Origin: Vicugna vicugna | Lineage: Eukaryota | DNA length: 62,000 nt | Direction of reading: 5' to 3' | Assembly (NCBI GenBank): GCA_013265495.1 | Contig: MU057887.1 | Coordinates: 1,251,985 to 1,313,984 of the forward strand | Shown here: in pieces, positions 1 through 27,100 of the stretch | How the letters are laid out: each line of letters opens with the position of its first letter | Position numbering within the stretch: the first letter of the stretch is position 1 | The notes under the pieces: model-generated | Seen by the model: only the letters and a program-made list of their open reading frames with translations | Database searches by the model: none | Told to the model about the DNA's origin: nothing | Translations under genes and position numbers: made by a program

Positions 1-14917
<14,917 letters not shown>

Positions 14918-15653
14918 GCCAGGCCTGGCGCCTGCCCGGTGGAGCCCCTCAGCGGCCTCCCCCGCCATCAGACCAGCTGCCCCTCTGGCTTCACAGGGTT
15001 ACAAGTAGCTAGAGCAGCATTACAGGAAGAGGGACTCAAATCAATTTTCAAAGTGATTCAGAATCTTCTTCAAATCCTTGTTAAGGGTCAAGGTGCAGTT
15101 GTAAGCAATCAGAACCGATGTGGGTGGTCTTGCCTTGTAACTTGTATTTTTCCATCTTCAAGCTTCCCTGGGGGGATTAGTGGCGTGGATTTGAGCTTGT
15201 TTTCTCTTTATTCTAAATTGCACATTGTAAAGGGGCCTTGGGCACACGATTTCCCTTGTCAACCATGATTTTAATCATACGAATGCACGCTCATGGAGTT
15301 GGTGTGCTTTCTGGGGTATAAGGCTGCAGCTCAGGGGTTGCCCTGTTGTGGCAAAAACCAAAGCATTTAACAAGATCTGAGCTTTTTAAACAAGAGTTTT
15401 TTAAACACTGCCTCGGTCTCCTCCTTCCCCATGGGTAACCTGGCCCCGGTGCCCTTCCACCCCCTGAGCAAGCGGCAGGTTTCAGTAGAATGTGCCAACT
15501 CAGTCGTGCTGTGAGGGGTGATTCCAGCTCACATATGTTTCTCAGGTTCCTTCAGTGCAAACTGAAATTTGGTGGGGACTCACAGGGGCAGGGAGGGGGC
15601 AGGTCTCCTGGGAGGCAGTGGATGCCTCCAAATCGATTCAACAAATTCCTGGG

Positions 15654-15664
15654 ATTAAAATAAA
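15654..15664 (+). terminator. TTC38: Probable TTC38 polyadenylation signal (overlapping ATTAAA/AATAAA)
   Basis: ATTAAAATAAA ~740 nt after the stop, followed by U/GU-rich ttgttaattgcttcctttgactgactgttg. Confidence 0.6.
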
Positions 15665-16399
15665 TTGTTAATTGCTTCCTTTGACTGACTGTTGCTGGGT
15701 AGATACCTCTGAGCTTCTTCCATGGGCCAGGCCTGGGCTGGGTGCTAGGGAGACAGGCTTCTCCTTGAACTTGGGGGTGGGGTGGGGCCGCGGGTCAAGA
15801 ACAGAGTAATTACAACGGGATTTCAAAAGAGGTGCTGTCTGTCCCCAGGAGCTAAGGACACATCCCAGGGGGCATCCTGCCCTCCCATCCTGAGCTGTCC
15901 CCTCCTGACAGAGCCTGCTCACACCCTGCCTGCCTTCCCCTCTCCTGGTTCCAAGGAAGACACACCTTGGCCAAAAGCAGGAAGTCTGGTCCCCTCCTCC
16001 ATGAAGGCCTCCGCTCCCCGACAGCAGGCTGGTGCCCCACAGCCCTTGGCACCTGGCTTTGCTACTGCACCTTTGTTCCCAGCTGTGACTGCCTCAGGTC
16101 AGGGACAGATCTGTGTCACCCAGCACCACCCAGAACAGAGCCTGTGCTACCTGTCAGTGAACCCATAAATGAGTGTATAAATAAATAAAGCAGAACCCTA
16201 CAAGGGCAAGGAAGAAATGAATCTCTAATGGGTAGGCCACTGCTAGAAGAGAGGAGAGGCCAAGAAAAGAGATGGAGGAAGATACAGTTTATAGAGTTAA
16301 GAGCAACAAGTTATTAATTGGTGTGTTTACTGAGCACATACTATGTACTGACATGATACAGGGGGAAGAGCACCCAGAGTGGGTGTTTGGGGACCCTTG

Positions 16400-16850
16400 C
16401 CCCTAGCAGATACCCTGCCCCCACCTGGAGGGTATGGGGATCGGACACCTGGACCAACAGCCCTCCAGTCTAGAGCCCTCTGGGCCCCTGCTGCAGCTGC
16501 CCTGTGGTTATGAGTCAGGCAAGTCTGGGCCCTGGAACCATGGATGGAGCACAGGCAACACCAAGCCGACTGCCATCTTCAGGAGGTCCTTGCCGGCAGA
16601 GGGACGCCTGGAGCTCTCAGGCCGGTGGGCCCAACAAAGGCCGCCTGCCTGAAGCTGAGCAAGACCCCAGAGAGGCCACCGAGGGACAGTCCGACCCGGC
16701 ACCCTCCTTCAAGCCCCTCTCTCTATCCAGTCCTGAAGCCAGGGCCACTTCTGGATGTCCCTGTTCCTCGAGCCAATAAATTCCTTTTTCTAAAGCCAAC
16801 TTGAAGCTGGTTTTCTGTTACTTGCAACCCAAAGGTTCTTGACTGATACC
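16400..16850 (+). mobile_element. MLT1-type LTR, 3' end with AATAAA at 16775-16780
   Basis: gccaataaattcc...ttttctgttacttgcaacccaaaggttcttgactgatac is the canonical MLT1 3' terminus; left boundary approximate. Confidence 0.65.
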
Positions 16851-17599
16851 TGCAGCTGAGATTTGCAGCTAGGTCTGTCTGACCCCATTTCCTCCAGTTA
16901 AGCAGAAACCAGATCAAAAGATGATGGAACTTGGAAGGGAGCCTGTGGACAGAGGCTCAGGTGGAAAAGGGAGGATGGGGGAAGAGAGGGACCCAGCACA
17001 TCAGAAAGCAGTGGGCGTAGTTGGGGGCAAAGAGCCAGGCGGAAGGCTGCAGAGGGAGCCCCTAAATAGAAACAAGACATCAGGGATGCCAGGACAAGCC
17101 AAAAGGGAGATGCAGAGGGCACCCGTGGCTAGACAGACTCTCCTGGTCCAGGGGCACACATCGCAGTGACTGGTCACCCAGGGTCACCCGGGCGCTCCTC
17201 GGGACAGGGCCCGGCTCTTCTTACTCTGCTGAGAACTGACCAGTAAGTAATGCTTTACAAAGCAGGTAGGTGCACCTACTTTGTTTAGTCTTCGGGTCAA
17301 TGCCCTAGGAATTTGATTTTCTCCATTTAAGGATTAAGGGCCGGGGTCAGAACCAAGTCCCTTGCCGTATGTAGCTGTCCTGATGCCGAGCGGGCGGGGG
17401 ACATACCATATGAGCTTTAAGAACTCCAGCCCTACACCGCGCGTCCCACCCCAGGGCCTGGACAGACATCCGGCAGGCGCAGGGCGCGGAGGGAGTGCGC
17501 AAGCGCGCCGCGCGCCTCCTCCCGGCGCTCGGACTACAGCCCCCAGGATGCACCGGGCGCGGCGGCCTTTCAAACCGGCCAATCCGCAGCCCGCACCGC

Positions 17600-17664
17600 G
17601 TCCGCCGCGCTGCGTTTAAACCCGGGGCGGAGGCGCGGCGGCTGGGGCGTCGCGGCGGCTTGGG
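17600..17664 (+). other. GTSE1: GTSE1 non-coding exon 1 (start approximate)
   Basis: Donor GGG|gtgagg at 17665 pairs with acceptor ccccgcag|TGACTTC at 18059/18060. Confidence 0.55.
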
Positions 17665-18137
17665 GTGAGGGGCCCGGTGGCTCGGGCGCGGCCGGGGGGT
17701 CGGGGGGTGGGCCGCAGGGTGCCCTCGCGGGCTGCGTGGAGCCTGCAGCGCGGGCGGGGCCGCCCCGAGGGCAAACCAAAGCCCCGGAGTCCAGCCCGGG
17801 AGCTGGGCTTTCCGTTGCCGGGTCCGGGCGTTCAGGCCTGACTCGGACGGGCCGCCGTCCCGGGGCTCCCAGCCTGGAGGCGCGCGGGCCTTGGGAGGGT
17901 CGCGGAGGGTCTCGGGCTGCAGCTCAGGTGGCCTCTCCCTCCCTTCCTCTGCCCGGTCGGTGCTGCAGCGGCTCACGCGGCCGGGCGCCCCTGGAGCTGG
18001 AGGGACCCGGGGCCTGGGCGCCGACACCTGCTCACCTTGCGGCCCCCTCCTCCCCGCAGTGACTTCTGACAGCTCTCGCCGTGGAAGGAGGACGCGGCTG
18101 CGACTTGCTTTCAGCCAGCCAGGCCGGAGAAGCGGGG

Positions 18138-18159
18138 ATGGATGTTCCCCAGAAGGACG
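18138..18159 (+). CDS. GTSE1: GTSE1 exon 2 coding part (exon starts 18060; possible GTG start 18081)
   Basis: gggATGGATGTTCCCCAGAAGGACG|gtacgt; MDVPQKD. Confidence 0.8.
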
Positions 18160-21100
18160 GTACGTCCTCGTTACTGCAGCTCTGTTCGGGGAGCTCAGGG
18201 AAGATGCAGGGCGACTTACTGCTCGTTTCCCGTGAAACTCCTGGTCCCCGTCTTCAAGGAGTTTGCATCCGTCTAACTTCTTTATTTCCTCTTTACCCGC
18301 AGTTTTAACTTCCTTTATAGCAGAGAATTCTTACCGTTTTGTTTACTGCAGTGTCCTCAGTGCCTGAGGTAGGCACTCAGGTATTTGTGGAATTGAGTTT
18401 GATGCTTCCTTTTTTGGGTTGTGGCTGGTTTCTGTCTGCTAAGCCTCGTTTAGGATCTTTGCCATCATGTTAGTGACTGAGCCTGGCCTATAGCTCTGCT
18501 GTCTTGTTCTGTCCCTGTCTGGTTTGAGTGTGGAGAGGAGGGTACAGCCTCACAAGATGCGTTAAAGGCCATGCCCTCTTTTTCTGCTAAAGCATGGTGG
18601 CATGCTTTTATCTTTTGTTCTCCACAACACCCGTGTGAGGCAGGTAGACTAGGTATTAGGTATCCTTAACGTCTCCGTTTTGCAGAAACTGTCCTAACGC
18701 TGCCAGTCCTTGGTGCTGCTTCATCGTGTCTGGGGAGGTGTTTGCTGCCCCACCCCTCTCCTCCTTCCTCCCTTTCAAGTCCCTTCCCCGGGTGTGCTGA
18801 ACCCTCATTGCTGCTTCCTGAGGCCGTCACCCCTGTCACCCTCCCATCACGTGATTTTTCTGCTGGTCTGTTACCTCACACTCATCACTGCCATACGGAT
18901 ACGTCCTGTTGTCTGACTCGTCCTGTTGTTGTCCGCTCCCTCTCCACTGCTTGGTGCCTCATTCAGAGCCAGACTTCAAGAGTCCTCTCCTTTTGTTTTG
19001 CTATTATTTTTCCACACCGCTCAACCCCTACCCACCCCCTCTGCCCTCACACTTGGCTCAAGCTGCTTTCATCAGTCACTGAGGATATCTGTGTTGCCAG
19101 ATCTGTCATTTTTCTGTCCTCTGATATCAACCTCTCAATAACTTTTGAACTTCTCTCCTTCTGAAAACTTCCTTGCTTGGCTTCTGAGGCATCTTGGTTT
19201 TCCTTCTGTCTCCCTGGCTGGTGTATCTCCATCTCTTTAAAGACTTCTCTTCCTCTCCCATCTTCTGAAGCTGATCTCCCCAGGACCTGGTCTGGGGCGG
19301 GGGGTCTCTTTGTACCCCCCGCCCCCCGCCACACACACACAGGTCTCCAGACAGTCCCATGGCTGTAAATCCCTTCTGTTTTATGGTGTTGCCCACATTT
19401 TGTCTTGAGTGCAGCCTCTCCGCTAAGCTCTGGATTTGTGTATTCACCTGCCTAACTGGCATTTCAGGTGGATGTCTCCCACCTCTTACTCAGCAGGCCC
19501 CCCCCCACACCCCATTCTTAGCCGGTTCTTTGTCTTTCTGATGGAAGTGAATTGCCCCTCCATTCACCCAGCTGTGAAAGTTGTGAAGCTGCACAGTCAT
19601 TCAATCATCAATTACTGTTCTTTCCACCTTCAGATTATGTTTTGGATCCATTTACCTCTTTGTACCTCCACCCAAATACCACCAACTTGGTCTCAGCCAT
19701 ATCAACTCACCTCCACCTATTTGTATTTTTTGCACTTTGGCCAATGTATACACTTGTAATTTTAATAGATATCACTTCCTTCTTTTCCGATACACTGTAC
19801 ACACCACCAGGGCAACCTTTTGAAAACAAAGGTTAGAGCATAACACTCTCCTGTTTAAAACCCTTCAGTAGCTCCTGTCACACTCTGGGTGAAACAAAAG
19901 CTTGTCGTGTCTTGCACCCTGTCCGGGAGCTGACCCTCCTGATCCACCCCCTCCAGCCATGACCAGTTCCTCCAAGGTGCCCCACCTCCACGTGGGCCTC
20001 ACCACACTGCCTTCCACCCAGTGCTCCCACCGGACAGTGCACACCCGAGGGAGTGCCCTTCACCCGTCCGCCTGGCACCTGGTGGAGGACGTGGCACGTG
20101 TCTGCAGAATGGACCAGTCAGCCAGGCCAGGTCACTCTGAGCCAATCATGGGGCCTGGAATAGAAGGCTTTTCCCCTGACTCTTGGTCCAGGATTCCTTT
20201 CACCACAGCAGACAGTTGGAAGTTTCTAGAAGTGACCTACAAAATCGACTTCCTAGGTTCAGACACTTACAAAGTGAAATGTCTGTCTCCCTTTCCACTT
20301 TGTCCCTCAGCCCCTCAGTTACCCGCTCCAAAGGCCACCGATCTCATCCGTCTCGGGCATTCCAGGCCTAACTTGTGCAAGTGTCAACCAGTATGCATAC
20401 GGTGTCAGTCGCGTCCCCTTTTATAGCACAGAGAACTCTGTCCTGCCCCTGGTTTTTTGCACCCAGTTTATCTTGATGATCTTTGTATGTGACTATATGA
20501 AGAGTGTTACTGTTCTTTTCTGTGCCTGTATAGGGTTCCATTCTGTTGTGGGCTTGTGCTGTGGTCTTATCTGCTGTCTGTGAACATTTAGTTTGTGTCC
20601 AGTGTCTTCCTGTTACAAACGCTGCCGCTGCAATACATAACATGGGATACTTGACAGCAGCAGACTTCCGGTCAGGGGTATGTGCGTTTCCTGTTTGGTA
20701 GGTCCCGCCAGGTTACCCGTGTGGGGCCGTAGTCATTTACACTTTCCCCGGCAGCGTATGAGCGCTCTCTTTCCCCACAGCCTTGCCTGCAGTGTGTCAG
20801 ACTTTCTGATTTCTTACAGTCTTACGGGTGAAAGTGGAATGCTCAGGGATCTTAGAATTTTTCATTTCTCTTATTTTTGGGTGAGGGTGCATTTCTTGTC
20901 CTATGTTTAAGAACATGTCGTTTTATTTTCTGTGCATTTTATCTGTCCGTACCCTCTGTCCATTCTTCCTTCGTCATTTCTTACAGCCCTTTGTGATGTG
21001 AGCTGCGAATGTTCTCTTCCCTGCTTGTTGTTCCTTTTAACTTTGCTCATGGTGATTCTTGCCATGCGGAGATTTTAAATGTCTTATCTTGTGGACGATC

Positions 21101-24100
21101 AACCTTTTATTTCATGGCTTCCAGCGTGGTGTCATAGTTAGACCTCTGCACTCCAGGTTAGAAGATAATTTCCCCATGGTTTCTTGTTCCTTAAGGGTTT
21201 CATTTTTTCAATTAAGTCTTTGACTTATTTAGAATTTGTCCTGGTATGGTGTGGGGTATGGATCAAACTTTAGATATGTACATTCTTACCCCCAAAGGGT
21301 CATCTAATTTATCTCAGTACCGTTTATTAAATAATCCGTTTCCCCCTTTTATTTGATGTGTTACTTCTGTGATTACTAAGCTTTCTTTACATCCATCCCG
21401 CGTATTTCTTGTTCGGTTTGTTCATGGGTGTTTTGTGTTGTTTTGCTGCTACAGCGAATGAGGTTTTTTCTTCCATTGTATCTTCTGTTCTTTGTGGATA
21501 TGAAAGCTGTCGATCGTTGTGTATTAATTTTGTCCTCAGCCGTTTGCTTTTATTCTCTTACTATTTATAATAGTTTTCAGTTGATTTTCTTGATTTTTCT
21601 TGTGTCTGTAATCATAGCATCTGTGCACCATGGTAATTTTACCTCCAAATTCTTTCCTTTGTCTAATTGGTTTATGCATCCAGAACAGTGTTAAGATGTG
21701 TGACAGTAGAACATCACTGCCCTGTGCCCGGCTTTAAAGGAATTTCTTTAGTTTACCATGAAGCCTGACGTGGGCTTCTGGTACCTTACGCTTAGATGGC
21801 GGCCATCAGCATTTCCGCGTTGTTTTCCTTCTCCTGGGCACATGGTAGAATTGAACTTCCCTGCCCACTTGAAGTTGGATTTGCCTCAGGTGACTTGAAA
21901 TATGTCCAATGAAATGGTGACGTTGTGATGTGTGTCACTCGTGGGCCTTTAAGAAGCAGTGTGGAATGTGCTGTTTCCCCTTTGTTCTGCCGTGAAGCCC
22001 AGCAGCGTTTCCAGTGGCGGAGGCTCCCTCTGCCTGGGTCCTGGAGGGAGAAGGACATGGAACAGGGCCGAGCCTACCCTCAGCAGATGTAGAGTTTCAG
22101 TGAGAAATCAGCCTTGTTGTGACAAGCCACTTGAGATGTGGCCACTGTTTTGTTACTTCAGCATGAGTTAGTCTATCCTAACTGATAAAATGTATTTGCT
22201 CCTGAGTTTAGGAGGAGTGCTTCTGATGGCATCGTATGAAGTCTAGTTTTGGATACTTCCTTATATGATAAAATATGTCTGTTACTTTTTATGTAGCATT
22301 TTTATTTATTTTTGTTTATTTATTTTTTAATGGAGGTACAGGGGATTGAACCCAGGACCTCATGCATGCTAAGCTAAGCAAGTGCTCTACCACTGAGCTA
22401 TGACCAGTCCCCACTTTTATGTAGCATTTTTGAAGACAACAATGTATGTTGCATTTGCCACGTGCCTTGTTGGTGTATGTGGAGACCAGATTGTACGGCT
22501 TTCCTCTCATATGATTATCTTACTAGATCGTATAAAACTAAACTATCCTACAGTCCCGAAGTCGTGGCTGAACCTCACAGGTCGTGATGGAGTTGCTCCT
22601 TCTTTAAATGTGTTGCTGGGGTCTGTTCGCAGATATTCCTGTGTAGGATTTTTGTGCTGACATAAGCCAAGTCCGTAGTTTCCTTTATTGAGCAAAGTTT
22701 ACAGGCTTTGGGTATGGTTATACTTGCTTCATAGAAGTAAGTTGGAAGGTTTCTTTTTTCCATCCTTTGGAACAACATAAATAGTTTTGGACTGATATAT
22801 TCTTTAAAGATCTACTAGAATTATCCTATGAAACTATCTGGGACTTGTGCTTTTTGGGGGGAGAATAGCTCTTTAATAAATGTCTCCAGTTATTTTATGA
22901 TAATTGAACTATTGAGTTTTTTTCGTCTCTTCTGGAGTCAGTTTTGTAAGTAAATCAATTTTAATCATTCAAATACAAAAGGTAAATTCTATCTCCTAGA
23001 AAATTATCCGTATCAACCAAGGTCTGGGGTTTATACGCACAGAGTTGAGCACACTAGCTCATGAATAATTTAATTTCCTTCTCTCTGGTTATTTCTCTTT
23101 ATTTCTTTTGTGTAATTGTGCTTTCTACCTTTTCCTTGGTTAGGTAATTAGGAATAATTAAATGACTAATTAGGACCCAATTCGGTTATTAGTATATTTA
23201 AATTTTTTATGGTTTGGTAAGCGTGCTGCAGTGTTTATTAGGGTCAAATGAGATAAGACTTGTGAAAGTGCTGCACGAACGCTACAGTGTGGAAATGCCA
23301 GCCCACTGCGTTGTGATAGACGCTTGCTGAGTGTCCAGGCCCTGAGCTTGGCCAGCCGTGGGGAATCTGGGGGAACATCAGGCATCTGCACTCAGTTTAG
23401 AGGAGCTCATGGTCTCGCTGGGGCTACAGGCGGTCAAGAGACATTTAGAGAGTAGCGATGCTAAGGCAGAGGGCAGGTCCAGGTGCCGCGGGGGCCCTGG
23501 GGAAGGGTGGGGTGGGCTGGGCTGGGGGAGATAGAGGAGGGAGCAGCTGTCCCAGCAGAGGGGCCCACCAACCCAGAGCCTGTGTGGTCTGTTAGTGGGA
23601 GTCAGGCTCATGACCACTCAGGGCTGGTGAGGGCACTGCAGTCAGCAGGTACAGAGAGCAGTTTTATCTGGGGGCTCAGGACAGGCTCCAAGAAGAGACA
23701 ACAGTCAACAGGTATGTATGGAGCCACTGCTGTGCATTTGAATAATACTGAATTTATCTTTGAAAGAGGAATAGGTGTGGTTTGTAAGCGGGGAATTTAA
23801 TCCTAGGGGAGCTGGGACAGGGGGTCTTTTGGAAACATTCTATACCAGGAAACGACTTACCTAGTCTTGCAAAGCTAGTTGAATGACTTGGTGAATATGT
23901 TTTAGATTATATCTTGAGAACAAGGGCTTAAAAATAAGGACTTAGGCTTTGGTGGCAGCTTAGCAAACACAGAATGGCTGACACTATTTTAAAAAGAAAA
24001 TGGAAAAATTAAGGAAATCTAGAGCTCCTTCACACTTTTGGAAGTGAAACTGTAAGACAGTTTTGATAGCTACAGAGACTGGCACTGTTTTCGTGCTCTC

Positions 24101-27100
24101 AGCTCCACGCCTAAAATAATGGGTAACTTTTCTCCCCCTCAGATGTTCTTCTTTTGGCTGATGAAAAGTTTGACTTCGATCTTTCATTGTCTTCTTCAAG
24201 GTAAACGAATGAGTTTCCTTCCTTTGCTTTGGGAAAGTCCTTCATTTAAATGCCAGTGTTACTGATAATCCTCTTCTTTTAAAACAGTGCAAATGAAGAT
24301 GATGAAGTCTTTTTTGGCCCTGTTGGACATAAAGAAAGATGTATTGCTGCCAGCTTAGAATTAAATAATCAAATTCCTGAAGAACCTCTTTTGCCAGCGT
24401 CTGAAAGTCACTTCACTTGGAGTCCTCTCACTGGGGAAAAATTTGTGGAAGTTTATAAAGAAGCCCACTTACTGGCCTTACAGATACAAAGCCACAGCAG
24501 AAACAAGGCAGCCCCAGCTGCCAGACAGGAAGACCCCGGGAGCCAGGGAGTGGAAGGATTCATACAAGAATCACAATTAAAAATAAACCTCTTTGAGAAA
24601 GAAAATGAAACAAAGAAAAGCCCAAAGTCACTTAAGAGGGAGACGTACTACCTGTCAGACAGCCCCTTGCGGGGTCTGTCACGCTCGGGCCCCCAGCCCA
24701 CCTCGGCCGTGGCCCTGCAGGTGGCTCCTGCCCGGGGCAGCCTCACCCAGACGCAGGGGCCACCTCCCGCTCCGAGTTCTTCTTTGTCAGTGGAACCGAG
24801 TACTGCTCACCCTCCGAACCAGGCCGTGACTCAGAAGAAGGTCCCCAGCAAATTGCCACCACCCCGCACCTCATCTCTTAGAGGAAAAAGCATCCCCTTG
24901 GCCGTAGAGAAGGTACCACACACGAGCGCCTTTATCTAGGGGACCAGCCGCTCCTTTGTTCTGAGCCCTTTCGGTTATGGCAGAAACCACGATGGGGGGA
25001 AACTTGGAAATAGCTACTCGGAGGGCCCTGGGGCCAGAGGAGTGGAAAGTCCAGGAAGAGCAGCAACAGCCGGGGTGGGGGTGTGGACTTGGGCTGGGGT
25101 GGCTTGGTGACATGGCTTCCTGCCGGGCATGCAGTGGTGAGCTGTCCTGGGGAGTGGCAGTGGACTTGTGTGCGTCAGCTCCAGAGGCTCGCTCTCCTAC
25201 CAGGGATCTGTCTCGGTACTATTTCACCCTGTTTTTAATGAGGAAGCGGACGCTGTCGTCATTTTTGTCTGGTCATTTGTGGGAGGAAGCATTGATGAGC
25301 TGAGGCGCGTGCATTGGGAAGGTAGACAGTCCCTGCAGCTGCTCTAATCCAAGCCTTAGCGTGTCCGTACATTGTTGAAGACTAGACGGTTTTCACATTT
25401 CAATTTAAAATTTTTCAGCCCGTGAAAGAGAAACCAGCCAGTCCTTCAAGGATGAAGACCCTAAGTGAGAAGGAATCCCACAGCCATGTGCCCCCTGACA
25501 AGCCCAGTGCTGCCCGCGACGTCACCAGCCTGCCAGCTGGTGGGAGCCACTTGGTCCAAGGCAAGCGCTCGCTCCCTGTTCCAAACAAGGTGGGTTGGCC
25601 AGGCCTGTAGGTGGTGGCAGGGAGAAAGGGCAGCTTTGTATATGTGGGACGTGTCCTCTGATGAAAGTCAAGGTCAGGAAGGTAGAAAACAGGACCCAGG
25701 AGAGGCAGCTCGGCGAAGTGCACGCAGACCTGGCCCGCGTGAGGGGTCTGACGGCGGAGATGCTCCCTGCTCCCCTCACCGGGCCCGAGCACGGAGGAGA
25801 TGGGACGTGGACCGCGCTGTGAAAACCACAGCTCCTCACAGGCGTGGGGACTGCTGTCCACGTCTCTGCCATTTGTTTTCCAGCGGTGATGGTCAGACTG
25901 AGCTGTGCATACTTGGGAAAATTGCCTAATCGCTGGTGGGACTTAAGGTGGCCACAGCTGGCCCCTGCAGCTACCGACCCCGCAGGTGGGGGCGAGGCCC
26001 CAAGCCTGCGGCTCAGCAAGCTCCCAGGGGTTTCCGTGCAGGGCTCTGAAGGCTGCGCGGGGAAGTACGGCTTGACCTTTAAATTCCAGATGATACTTTG
26101 TAAACATTTTTTTTTTTTAGGATTTTGATTGCGAGTACATTTAATGTATTTACCAATACAATTAGGGATAATAGACGTTTTTTACAATATTGAGTCTTCC
26201 AATCCAAGAAAATGGTATGTCTTTGTTTTTTAGATCATCTTTACAAAATTCTATTGAAATAAACTAGTTGTTAGGATACTTTGTAAAATATTAAAGGCAA
26301 TTTTAAAACCCACTTTTGCAGAAAAACGTGATGGGTAGATAATGAAATCTTTGTTTTAGCTGGGGCGGAAGAAGACCGTGCTGAAACTGCCTGGGTGTGC
26401 TGGCAGCCTCGCAGGGAAGGCCGCCTCCTCGGGGTCGGTTTCGGGTGTGACCTCCAGCGTGTGTGCCTCCCCAGCAGCCGGCAAAGGTAAGGCTGGCCCC
26501 GAATGCTGACCGCTCCTGACAGACCATCTTCACAGAACCACTGAGCTCGGCAGAAGTTTCCAGAAGGCTTGTGGGGGTCTGGGGCAGGGAGCTTCTCCGA
26601 TTCCCAGACCCAAGGTGCTTCCTCTCCTGAGGAGAGGCACTCAGACGGGCGGTCTTAGGGTGGGACGAGCAGTCACAAAGGGGACACGTGCTCAAGGTGC
26701 CAGAGAACCCAGAGAGACGCTGGGACCAGCCTCCATGGAAATGGAACCAGACATAGGTTTTTAAAATCGGGCTGTTCTAGATGGTGTAGGGCACGGGACC
26801 CGTGTAACTCCTGAGTGTGTGTAAATCTGCGCCCTCAAATGGGTTTAAGGGCAGGCTACTTTAATCTCAGCAAGCCAAGGGTGCCATCTGGTGGTGAAGG
26901 GGAGAGAGCCTGGGAGGCTGTGGGCGGAGGCATTCGACTGCCTGCTGTTAGGACTAAACCCTCCTCAAATTCTGTTTGCTGCGTGGACTCGGACTGCAGG
27001 CCAGGCTGCACGGCGTGCATCTTGCGCACAGACGTGAATAGTCTGAGCTCTTGAATGAGACTGACCTGATTTGGAATCCTGACTGCCAGTGGCGACTAAG

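Larger units (their letters stand above)
17380..18200 (+). promoter_or_regulatory. GTSE1: GTSE1 CpG-island promoter
   Basis: Very high GC/CpG. NRF1-like TGCGCAAGCGC 17496-17506; ZNF143/THAP11-type ACTACAGCCCCCAGGATGCAC 17533-17553; CHR (TTTGAA on minus) 17569-17574; CCAAT 17579-17583; TTTAAA CHR variant 17615-17620; adjacent GC box. Confidence 0.85.
20410..23150 (-). mobile_element. Ancient L1 (L1M-type) fragments interrupted by an MLT1 LTR and a SINE
   Basis: T-rich antisense L1 signature; a minus-strand ORF fragment LFQRMEKRNLPTYFYEASITIPK resembles the L1 ORF2 motif LPNSFYEASITLIPK. Confidence 0.7.

Noticed and set aside
17347..18062. Long ORFs across the GTSE1 CpG island (likewise at 41004-41584)
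   Set aside because: Stop-codon depletion is expected in CpG islands; no coding signature.
24201..24287. 87-nt GTSE1 intron and 84-nt TRMU intron (53598-53681), both multiples of 3, as in-frame retained introns
   Set aside because: Both contain early in-frame stops (AGG TAA; GTA AGT GTT CTT TGA).
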